Below are positions 28,079-36,006 of a stretch of 51,374 nucleotides of DNA, piece by piece. Origin of the DNA: an uncultured bacterium (lineage in GTDB: Bacteria > AUK180). The position numbers were made by a program, and so were the translations under genes. The notes below the pieces were generated by a model. That model had not been told where the DNA came from, made no database searches, and saw only the letters and a program-made list of their open reading frames with translations. The DNA is taken from contig CALMGJ010000014.1 of the NCBI GenBank assembly GCA_937863565.1, forward strand, positions 87,817 to 139,190, written 5' to 3'. Positions within the stretch are counted from its first letter, which is position 1. Each line of letters begins with the position of its first letter.

Positions 28079-28572
28079 ATTCTTTCCTCCGTATTTAACA
28101 GCTCCGGGTTTTCAAAGATATTCCCGATAACTTCAAGCCCGTGGGGGACGAAAAGATTGCACGGATATCCCATGATTTGAAATCCTGCGGCGTCAGTATT
28201 CCATTGAATATGGCTTATTATTTCGGGTGTGTATAAGGATCGTACTTTCATAATATCGCCGGCGTAAATTTCTTTACCGTTTTTATCTATCAATCCGGTA
28301 TATAACCCTACCGTCTGGACAATCACCGGTTGACAAATTATTTTCCCCGGCATTCCATCTATGCGCTCTATACCCTCTTCTATTTTTGGGGTACCCGTTG
28401 AATCAACAAAGTAAAATCCATAAACCCACCGCGTCCCATCAAAATGAATCCCGCGGACCTTGATAAAAACGGTGCTGTATATAGGGGGACAACGACGGAT
28501 AGAATCATAAAAAGGACAGGATTCAAACCGGATATTTTGCATATCATCCCTCTTAGTCTTTTTCTTGTTCAT
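28075..28572 (-). CDS. YopX family protein
   Basis: WVYG, TVGLYTGLIDKNGKEIYAGDI, EVIGNIFENPELL. Confidence 0.9.
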   Translation of the reverse strand: MNKKKTKRDDMQNIRFESCPFYDSIRRCPPIYSTVFIKVRGIHFDGTRWVYGFYFVDSTGTPKIEEGIERIDGMPGKIICQPVIVQTVGLYTGLIDKNGKEIYAGDIMKVRSLYTPEIISHIQWNTDAAGFQIMGYPCNLFVPHGLEVIGNIFENPELLNTEERI

Positions 28573-28870
28573 TTATTTCCTCCCCGTTATTTTTGCTCTT
28601 TAGACATGCTTCGGCATATTGGGAGTACATTGCGGCGGAGTGGCACCAAACTCTCGCGTTCTTGGAATAATTATGCCGATTTCGACGCAAATGATTTTCT
28701 CCTTCAGCCCTTGAGCAGAACGGGCCTGTGAGCATCGTCGCAATATTAAACAGCCCGAAATCATCCAATTTAAAATTCTGTCGCGGGTCGATAATTATCC
28801 ACCACGGAGCACGGGTGATCTCATTGTCTTCTGATATTTCTAGATGTATTTTCATTCTATCCCCTCCCAC
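28553..28870 (-). CDS. Hypothetical phage protein
   Basis: 105 aa, PWWIIIDP...GPF.SR..H.YS; in operon context. Confidence 0.65.
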   Translation of the reverse strand: MGGDRMKIHLEISEDNEITRAPWWIIIDPRQNFKLDDFGLFNIATMLTGPFCSRAEGENHLRRNRHNYSKNARVWCHSAAMYSQYAEACLKSKNNGEEINEQEKD

Positions 28871-29727
28871 GGATATTCATTCCATTCCTTTCCGTCAAGC
28901 TCACGCCCGGCGCGCTTTTTCCCAACACGGAACATTGTGACAAACGAATGAGTCCAGGAATTAAAAAGGTCACGGGATTCGCTCAATTCAGGGGCGGTAT
29001 ACGGCCCCCATTCTCCCCAGCCCTTGAAAAAGAACGGCACATTGTTCTGCACACAGGTATCTCTGATCTCCCGGACCCAGTCGGGGTGCATCGGCCGCGC
29101 ACCGGGCCCTGTCTCACCCCCGACGATCACCCACTCTATGCCGCGCCATCCTTCTGCAGTTGCGTGACCCCGTAGCATACGCTCCAGTGTTTTTGGGGAT
29201 ATACGGCCCAGCAACGGTTCGAATGAAATAAATTTGTGTCTCGCAGGCAGCTCCTTTAGTGTGTGGACTCGTGAGGCCAGACGGTAGGGGTCCTCGGCCG
29301 ATATGCCAAACCAGACGTTTTCCGGCCAGGTAGGATTGGTTATTTTATCCCAGTCAGCCCAGCGGACGGGACATTTTGTCAAGATCATAAATTTATGTCG
29401 TTCACACTCCTGCATTACCGAGAATATGTCCCAAATACCCCGCATTGTATGGTGATATTTCAAAGTGAGCGGTGCGGGCTCTTTTGGGATCATCTCCCCC
29501 ATAGAGTTCACAAAAAATGTCGTAGGGCGCTTGATTTTTCTTGGGTAATAGGTTTTATGTATCTGATGCACAATCTGATCAAAGGGCTGTTGATATGCGC
29601 CCATCCCTTGCAAGCGTGCGGCCATCCGCCGGGCATAGCAGTGATCACAGCCCGGCGAAAACGGCCCATCACAGCCGACGATCGGGTTCCAGACCTGGTC
29701 CGCCCATTCGATTTTAGTTTTGCTCAT
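28852..29727 (-). CDS. DUF5131 (Gp37/Gp68) family protein
   Basis: TKIEW....WNP..GC...SPGC.HCYA, FVNSM, ILTK, SFEPLLG, WVIVGGETG..ARPM, VPFFFK.WG. Confidence 0.93.
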   Translation of the reverse strand: MSKTKIEWADQVWNPIVGCDGPFSPGCDHCYARRMAARLQGMGAYQQPFDQIVHQIHKTYYPRKIKRPTTFFVNSMGEMIPKEPAPLTLKYHHTMRGIWDIFSVMQECERHKFMILTKCPVRWADWDKITNPTWPENVWFGISAEDPYRLASRVHTLKELPARHKFISFEPLLGRISPKTLERMLRGHATAEGWRGIEWVIVGGETGPGARPMHPDWVREIRDTCVQNNVPFFFKGWGEWGPYTAPELSESRDLFNSWTHSFVTMFRVGKKRAGRELDGKEWNEYPWEGIE

Positions 29728-29812
29728 TTATCCCCTCCCCTTTCATCAATTCTTTTAATGACCTTAAAAATTTCCATTGCCACTTGCGGAACGATGGAGT
29801 TCCCAAGCGCTT

Positions 29813-30404
29813 TCAATCGTTCTGTCCTATGTCTGGATTTTGACAATTTAAGTCCGTCCAGTGCCGCGGGTAGCCCATCATCCACTCCACAAAGTTCGGT
29901 TGCAATCTCATGCCATGCTCTCCGCCAGCCCACCGTTGTATATGCTCTACCATATTGACTCCGCGGCCGTGTCTCAACCGTGATTGGAACGCTTTCGAGT
30001 TCTGACCGTACATACTGCGAAAATCCCTTCGTGTCGGTGTCGGAATTAAAGGAATCGACGCGAGCAATAATCCAAACCCTTTCCCTTTTGTGCGGAGCGT
30101 TGACGCTCGCAGCAGGAATAATAAACGGCTGGACTGCGTAAGCAATATCTTCCAGATCAATACACATTTGCTCGAATACCAGCCCCCCCCCCAATATTAA
30201 TAATTCCGCGAACATTCTCCGCCACGACCCAGCGTGGACGAATTTCTCGTATAACTCGCAGCAGTTCCGGCCAGAGATGGCGTTCGTCTGCCGTGCTGCG
30301 TCGCTGCCCGGCGTAGCTAAAAGGCTGGCATGGATAGCCTGCCGTGATAAGGTTGATGATTTCCCCGCTGAAAAATTCTTGTTTAAGTTCTCTAACGTCC
30401 CCAT
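29813..30404 (-). pseudogene. Overprinted beta chain of the C5 methyltransferase (motif IX-like), broken by the same G10 tract
   Basis: Alternative frame carries LIPTPT.RD and LQPNFVEWMMGYP.HWTD, and is continuous from ATG 30404 if the tract is G9. Confidence 0.65.
30183..30192 (-). repeat. G10 homopolymer (slippage tract)
   Basis: Ten C on the + strand, exactly at the frameshift. Confidence 0.9.
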
Positions 30405-30554
30405 ATATTTTGGCTCCCGGGAATCTTAATCCCAATAATCGTTGACAGTATTGATCGATATCACAAAACCCGACACATTCATATTCTTTTCCCCAAACCC
30501 ATGAAGCGGCAAGCGCAAAACCTCCGATACCGCTGAAAAGGTCGAGGTGTTTCA

Positions 30555-30950
30555 TCAAATCTCGTCCCCTCCCCTGCTCTCCTTCGCCCCGTCTCTTCGT
30601 ACAGATACAGGATGATCATGAACACGGTTTTTCGTCAGGAACACCGGCGGCTCGGCAACAGGACCCGGAGACGGAACGGCTTTCCCTTCTTCCTCGTCGC
30701 GCAACAATATACGATTCATTATGATCATTGGCGGGCTTTTGGCCGGATCCGATTCAAAATACCTCATCATATCCTGCTTCAACGAGTCTGTTAGGCCGAT
30801 TAGCTCCCAGAGATTGAACCCGTAATTGGCGCGGGTCATTTTTATTTTCCCGCCGGGCATAGCTCTTGAGACGATCAGCCAAACCTTGTCTCCTTCCTGA
30901 ACGTCGGCAGCGGCGAGCAGGTCTTTCAGCAATTTCTTATCTTCGCTCAT
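30555..30950 (-). CDS. Hypothetical phage protein
   Basis: Start MSEDKK at 30950 (ATGA overlap with the upstream gene). Confidence 0.65.
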   Translation of the reverse strand: MSEDKKLLKDLLAAADVQEGDKVWLIVSRAMPGGKIKMTRANYGFNLWELIGLTDSLKQDMMRYFESDPAKSPPMIIMNRILLRDEEEGKAVPSPGPVAEPPVFLTKNRVHDHPVSVRRDGAKESRGGDEI

Positions 30951-31234
30951 TTCTTCCCTTTTTTCCGCGAGGCATCTTCGTATCCGGCCCGGCCGGCCGC
31001 GGCCGATTTTTTCGAGGCCTTTCTTACTGGATAGTTGGGAATAGCGTTTTCCTGTTCGTGTTCGAAAGATACGAAGGCACGCTGTTCGGGATCCAAACCC
31101 AATTTTTTCAGTACCGCGCATACGATCTGCGAGGTTTCCCCGCATTCGAAGATCAATTCGCCCTTCTTCAGGTGCTTGGCGCGGCTCAGCCGGCCCACGA
31201 CACGTCCCAAAGCATCAACGATCTCGTTTTTCAT
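30947..31234 (-). CDS. Hypothetical phage protein
   Basis: 95 aa, GGAGG SD. Confidence 0.65.
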   Translation of the reverse strand: MKNEIVDALGRVVGRLSRAKHLKKGELIFECGETSQIVCAVLKKLGLDPEQRAFVSFEHEQENAIPNYPVRKASKKSAAAGRAGYEDASRKKGKK

Positions 31235-31986
31235 ATAACCTCCCTTTGCCCGGTGCGGGCTTGTATCTTTCTTTTCGATTTTTTTATGTATATCCGCGGA
31301 GTTTGCCGGGTATTAATATATATACCGATGGCCCGCGCGGACCGTGCATCGCCTTGGCACCCCCCTGTCGATGCGTTTCGGCCCGACCCGTTTTTAAAAC
31401 CTGTAGAGGCCCGGGAAACCCGTTTTTCATTTTTACGGGTAAAATGCACTGCCGGAGACCTTTTTAAGGTTCCTGAACCGTTCAGTGAACTCTGCGGGCC
31501 GCTTATCGCTGCGATATATTTTCTGAGATGGCATATATCGCCGCGCCCCGTTATTGTATTTTTCCGGATCGGGCCATTTTGGGAAATGTTTTTTCTCAAG
31601 GTCTTATCCGGGGTCCGCCCCGCTATAGTGAAAATCGGTTCCGATAATAATGCATTATCGGTCCGGAATTTATCGGCAAAACCGGGAAACCCGTTTTTTG
31701 ATGAATTTCGGCCTAATGAATGCCCGTTTTTTGATGTCCTTTTATTTCCTACAGTTCCGATAATATCTTCCTTTCCCGCCTTTGTTTCATAACTCGAAAA
31801 TCCCGTAAAATGCCCTTTGTAAGTCCTTATGTGTTCGGCTCGTTTTGAGTTCGTTTTTGCGTTTATTTTTGGGTTTTTTCTCATATATCGCGCACCCAAA
31901 AACATTGCAACCGTATATTCCTGTATTTGCGTCTTTTTTAATATTTTCTTACTATATGTTAGGAAACCGCTATTTATCTTTTTCAT
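31231..31986 (-). CDS. Very basic, low-complexity ORF (doubtful)
   Basis: ATGA overlaps at both ends support it, but the K/R/G/S/N-rich composition is atypical. Confidence 0.4.
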   Translation of the reverse strand: MKKINSGFLTYSKKILKKTQIQEYTVAMFLGARYMRKNPKINAKTNSKRAEHIRTYKGHFTGFSSYETKAGKEDIIGTVGNKRTSKNGHSLGRNSSKNGFPGFADKFRTDNALLSEPIFTIAGRTPDKTLRKNISQNGPIRKNTITGRGDICHLRKYIAAISGPQSSLNGSGTLKRSPAVHFTRKNEKRVSRASTGFKNGSGRNASTGGCQGDARSARAIGIYINTRQTPRIYIKKSKRKIQARTGQREVI

Positions 31987-32840
31987 GTCCAGCTCGTTAA
32001 TTTTGTGGCTTTATCTGCTTCTTTCGGCCCGATTTTGTGAACTATTTTATCGCACAGCAACCACTTGAACCAATTGTGACTCTTTGCCCTTTGTTTATTC
32101 TTCCGGATTGCCAAATCCATAGCCATGATCATCTCTTTTCGGCTTAATCCTTTTATTTTTATCTTTTCGGCGTTATATCCTGAGTAGGAAGTCTTTTCCT
32201 GGAATATATCCCTTAATTCTCTGAGAATATCTTTCAGTTTATTAGGAGCAATGCCTTCCCATGTATCCATTCTTGCTCCTTTCCAGATATTCAAATAATC
32301 AGATAGGATCTCTTTGTGCTCATCGTTACCGAATACAACTTGAGCAGCGAGACACTTGTTTTTTTCATGATTATCCCCGATTTTGAAGCTCTCTATACTT
32401 CCTATGGGAGGCGTTTCCAATTTGGCAACATCTTTTTGAACTATATTAAAAGATACTTTAGTATCTTTATTATATATATTTTTGATACTTTTTATTTCGA
32501 CAGGTCCTTTTGTTTCCAATTTGGCAACATTTTCCCCGGGGTTGTTTCCAATTTGGCAACAATTTGTTTCCAATTTGGCAACAACATCAACTTTTTGCCC
32601 CTCAATGTCAAGGCTTTTCACACTAATTTCCCCGGGGCTGTTTCCGAGCTTATTCCGTATTTTTGAAATACTTTTAGAAAGCACTGATCTGGAGCATCCC
32701 GTTAGCTTCATTATCCGCCGGCGCCAGGCCTGATTATCATAGTCCTGTTCCTCTGAAATATAAATTGCTATCCCGAGCCGCATTTCGCGTAAATTCCAGC
32801 CCTCTGTAAGCATTTTCTTTAAGATATCCTCACGTGTCAT
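31983..32840 (-). CDS. Replication initiator (lambda O-like organisation)
   Basis: N-terminal HTH-like segment (IMKLTGCSRSVLSKSISKI), central linker made of DNA repeats next to an AT-rich tract. Confidence 0.65.
   Translation of the reverse strand: MTREDILKKMLTEGWNLREMRLGIAIYISEEQDYDNQAWRRRIMKLTGCSRSVLSKSISKIRNKLGNSPGEISVKSLDIEGQKVDVVAKLETNCCQIGNNPGENVAKLETKGPVEIKSIKNIYNKDTKVSFNIVQKDVAKLETPPIGSIESFKIGDNHEKNKCLAAQVVFGNDEHKEILSDYLNIWKGARMDTWEGIAPNKLKDILRELRDIFQEKTSYSGYNAEKIKIKGLSRKEMIMAMDLAIRKNKQRAKSHNWFKWLLCDKIVHKIGPKEADKATKLTSWT
32413..32583. repeat. Iteron array / probable phage replication origin
   Basis: Four exact GTTTCCAATTTGGCAACA copies (32413, 32512, 32544, 32566), each an imperfect palindrome, flanking an AT-rich stretch at 32431-32500. 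Confidence 0.8.
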
Positions 32841-33754
32841 TCTTCGAAATTTTTAATCACATCCACTATTTTTTCCCTGAGTTTTGGCGACAGACCCTCG
32901 AGATGCTTCTTGAGATCTGCCTTCCAGCCGGCATTGATGTCACTTGAGCTTTTTTCTACTTGATCGGCCAATATTTTCTGATTCACGCCCAGATATAGCT
33001 GGGTAGTTTCGATACTCTCGTGTCCGAGAAGTATTTGAATATATCTCACATTACAACCGCTCTCGAGCAAACGAGTCGCATATGTCCTCCGGAGATCGTG
33101 AAGTGTAAACTGGACCCCCGAGATCTTTGCGTAATAATCGATCATCTTTCTAAGCCCGCGCGTTGTATGTATTGATTGAAATAGCGGCGCATCGAGCATT
33201 CTGGCTGTCCCGCAGTAGTCTATCCAGTCCTCAAGTTGCCTGTAAAGGTCGTTAGGTATCGGCACTCTGCGGTTTTTCTGACCCTTGCCCGTCACATGCA
33301 GCATCCTTGAAATAAAGTCAACGTCGCGCACGCGGAGAAAAGTCAGCTCTTCGGATCGTATGCCCGTATGTAGAAAGAGCTCAAATATCATTGCGTCTCT
33401 GAAATTGAAACCACTGTGCCCGCCGTACTTTTTTCTGCTTCCTAACCGGATCACCGATCTGATCCGATCGATCTCTATATCTGTCAATACAACAGGGATG
33501 CTTTTGTCAATTTTTTCAAACGGGATGTTTTTGAATCCGAATATTATTTCCCCTGTTTCCGTTTTTGCTGTCCTCAATGTTGAAATTCTTCTGTTCACCG
33601 TTCTGCAGGAGTATCCTCTCTCCATCATTTCTCTTTTCCATGCCCGCGCCGAGTTTTCGTCATCGGCATCGAGGCCATGCTCCCGGCAAAACGCTCGATA
33701 TGCTCTGATATCGCTTTGTTCTGCATAAAGTGAGTGTTCTGATCTCTGTTTCAT
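32837..33754 (-). CDS. Integrase, XerC/D-like tyrosine recombinase
   Basis: HTGIRSEEL, GKGQKNR.VP, HDLRRTYAT, IQILLGHESIETTQLY: full R-K-H-R-H-Y set, next to the prophage boundary. Confidence 0.93.
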   Translation of the reverse strand: MKQRSEHSLYAEQSDIRAYRAFCREHGLDADDENSARAWKREMMERGYSCRTVNRRISTLRTAKTETGEIIFGFKNIPFEKIDKSIPVVLTDIEIDRIRSVIRLGSRKKYGGHSGFNFRDAMIFELFLHTGIRSEELTFLRVRDVDFISRMLHVTGKGQKNRRVPIPNDLYRQLEDWIDYCGTARMLDAPLFQSIHTTRGLRKMIDYYAKISGVQFTLHDLRRTYATRLLESGCNVRYIQILLGHESIETTQLYLGVNQKILADQVEKSSSDINAGWKADLKKHLEGLSPKLREKIVDVIKNFEE

Positions 33755-33925
33755 ATCTCGCTCCAACCGAGGAGAGGATCAAGCCTCTCGCTCCCTCCTG
33801 ATTCTTTTTTTGCTGAAGTTTTGAAAATCCCAGAGATTGTTTTGAATTCTACTTACTTTATTTTGAATTTATTGTAGAATTTGTGCGGGGTTATTGATTA
33901 TTTGAGAATAAGCCGTATATAACAG

Positions 33926-33953
33926 GTTTTACGTACTATATATTATCGGAAGT
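33926..33953 (-). other. dif-like Xer recombination site (probable prophage att junction)
   Basis: - strand ACTTCCGATAA-TATATA-GTACGTAAAAC, 11-6-11 layout; compare B. subtilis dif ACTTCCTAGAA-TATATA-TTATGTAAACT. Confidence 0.75.
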
Positions 33954-34038
33954 AATAAATATGAGATCTGATGTCCGTAAAAGCGAATATCCGTTTTAAT
34001 GCTTTCATATTGGGAGATCGGCGGGAGTGTTCATAATA

Positions 34039-34551
34039 TTACCAGATGACCTCTTTTTTCTCCTTCAATTGGCCGTTTTGAAAATAAAAGATATGGATAT
34101 TGTAGTCAGTAATTATTGAAATCCATTCTTCCTCATTCCCCTTTTTGATGATCCTGAGATCTCCCGGTCTACCCGGAAAACCGTCGAATAAATAAAAAGT
34201 ATATTCCGAACCGCCTTCGGTCCTGATTATTTCACTGAAAGTGATCCATTGATCTTTTCCTTTCCCTTCAGGCAATTCGATGATCCTTTTAGGATCTATG
34301 GTAAAATACATCTGCTCCCTTGTCAAATTATCCGTAATATGATGTTTTATTATATTCTCTACCGTATCATCATCGTAATTCTTTATATTAAGGAGATAAT
34401 CCCTTTTCTGATCCTCGTTCAGCAGCCGGTATTCATTTTTTCCGTACTTCTCCTGCGGCACTTCCAGTATAATACATGTCCTTTCTATGCAGGAAAACAA
34501 TAAAAAGAAAAACCCGTATATTAAAATATTTACGGATCTATTTCCCGTCAT
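34039..34551 (-). CDS. Putative lipoprotein
   Basis: Hydrophobic leader ending LLFSC. Confidence 0.6.
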   Translation of the reverse strand: MTGNRSVNILIYGFFFLLFSCIERTCIILEVPQEKYGKNEYRLLNEDQKRDYLLNIKNYDDDTVENIIKHHITDNLTREQMYFTIDPKRIIELPEGKGKDQWITFSEIIRTEGGSEYTFYLFDGFPGRPGDLRIIKKGNEEEWISIITDYNIHIFYFQNGQLKEKKEVIW

Positions 34552-34570
34552 TTTCCATATTTCTCCAGTA

Positions 34571-35938
34571 TTATTTTAAATATACCGAAAGGAGTGACTC
34601 CCCCGCTTTTAAGGAACCAAAATATCTCCCGTCATCTTCGGGTGTATTAATGAGTTGAGCATTGAGGCCCAGAAATGCATCCTTTCCGCCATTCGTCATG
34701 TATGAGAAAGAGCTGCCGCTCATTGAATCCTTTAATGCGGCTTCTTTCAGATCGAGCTCAGAAGGTTCGAGGGCTTCCGGGTATTTCCCTTTCTTCAACC
34801 TGTAGGTTTTCAATGCGAGAGCCGTTTCAAGGAGCTTTCCTTGCGACCGGCTCAGCATATATTTGAAAGCGGTAAATCTTAACCGGTCGGCAAATCCGTA
34901 TCTTTCATTCTTCTTAATAAAAACCCCTTTAAATTCTGCATTGAAGGCGTTCCACGGCCGTCGGGTCTTCACTTCTCCGTCCATGTTCACTAGAGATCTG
35001 ATCTCTTTTGCATAATCGAGGAAAGGCGAGAAGAACCCTCTGTAAGAATCCGTTCTGCATTTAAAATAATACCTTAATTTCTCCGGAAGGTTCAATTTAT
35101 GCTCCGGATGGATGCCGTAGAAAGCATAGGCATAGTCAAGAACTGTACGGTTCCTCTCAAGAACCAGGAAAATGTCGATGTACAGGTCCGCGGCGTAATT
35201 GAGGTCCAGATCGGCAGAATCCTTAAGGCATTCCCGCAATCCCGTGATCTGGGCATCCTTCAATTTTATATTCTCCACGGCATATTTCATGCCTTCGAGC
35301 ATATAGTAACGGGAGGGAATGGAAACGAGCTTCCCCAGAAGCTCCATATCGCCCCTGGAAATATCCTGGGCTGCATAATGTCCCGCGATAAGAAGCTCTA
35401 TCCCCTTTTCGACTTTACCGCTTTGAAGATAGTGAACAGCGGAAACGGCAATGAACAGAAGCACTTTCTTCAATTTTGCCATATCCGTGAACCCGTCAAG
35501 GTCCTTGTGCTCTTCGGCAAGTGAAATGCTGCAGTATTTGCAATGCGCTCCATCGATGATCAATCTTTCGATATCTCTATTCTCAATTAATTCATCAAGA
35601 AGGGCACCCTCGACCCGGGATTTGAAATCATAATCCGAAATGAGACTGCTGTCCTTTATCCTGAAGTCCCTTACAGCAAGAAGATAGTGGTCCCAAGCAT
35701 TGCCGTCTGTCTCATTTTCGTACTGGTCGCGGCTGTTCTCGTACTGGATCACATTGAAGTAGTTCTTCTGCGCCAATGCTATCTCGTGATATTTCTTTAA
35801 TGATTTTTTTCCGATGACATCGGCGAAACAACCAATAATAACGGCAAGAGTAAGAAGGCAGGCAAGAATGCCGATTACCCAGAGCACGCCTGCTCCGGCC
35901 AGCTTCAAGATCTGCCCCGGTCCCCTTTTTCCACCCAT
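34571..35938 (-). CDS. Membrane-anchored hypothetical protein
   Basis: 455 aa, N-terminal TM, AGGAGG SD, C-terminal ALK.YR...G.YP..L..L...D..SG..F.Y pilin-like tail. Confidence 0.75.
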   Translation of the reverse strand: MGGKRGPGQILKLAGAGVLWVIGILACLLTLAVIIGCFADVIGKKSLKKYHEIALAQKNYFNVIQYENSRDQYENETDGNAWDHYLLAVRDFRIKDSSLISDYDFKSRVEGALLDELIENRDIERLIIDGAHCKYCSISLAEEHKDLDGFTDMAKLKKVLLFIAVSAVHYLQSGKVEKGIELLIAGHYAAQDISRGDMELLGKLVSIPSRYYMLEGMKYAVENIKLKDAQITGLRECLKDSADLDLNYAADLYIDIFLVLERNRTVLDYAYAFYGIHPEHKLNLPEKLRYYFKCRTDSYRGFFSPFLDYAKEIRSLVNMDGEVKTRRPWNAFNAEFKGVFIKKNERYGFADRLRFTAFKYMLSRSQGKLLETALALKTYRLKKGKYPEALEPSELDLKEAALKDSMSGSSFSYMTNGGKDAFLGLNAQLINTPEDDGRYFGSLKAGESLLSVYLK

Positions 35939-36006
35939 GAAGCCTCCTTGATCCGGTTCTGCGCCTTATGAATTATAGCACTTTTCGAATAAATGTAAAG
36001 GAATAA

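Larger units (their letters stand above)
29724..30558 (-). pseudogene. C5 cytosine methyltransferase alpha chain, frameshifted at a G10 tract (possibly phase-variable)
   Basis: Motifs I DLFSGIGG, IV GYPCQ and VI ENV in one frame; VIII HKRERVWI and X LGNSIVPQV in the next. Removing one G joins them. Confidence 0.85.
1..33953 (-). mobile_element. Podovirus-like prophage (left end outside window), right boundary at a dif-like site
   Basis: Co-directional run of integrase, replication, MTases, terminase, portal, capsid, adaptor/nozzle and ejection-type genes with no tape measure, sheath or tube. Non-phage-like genes begin right after 33953. Confidence 0.93.

Noticed and set aside
32413-32583. 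Repeats as a CRISPR array
   Set aside because: Repeats are only 18-19 bp with irregular spacing (81, 14 and 4 bp), lie inside an ORF, and no cas genes are present; iterons fit better.
1-33953. Diversity-generating retroelement, retron or intron/intein in the prophage
   Set aside because: No reverse transcriptase motif, TR/VR pair or intein splice motifs were seen in this window.
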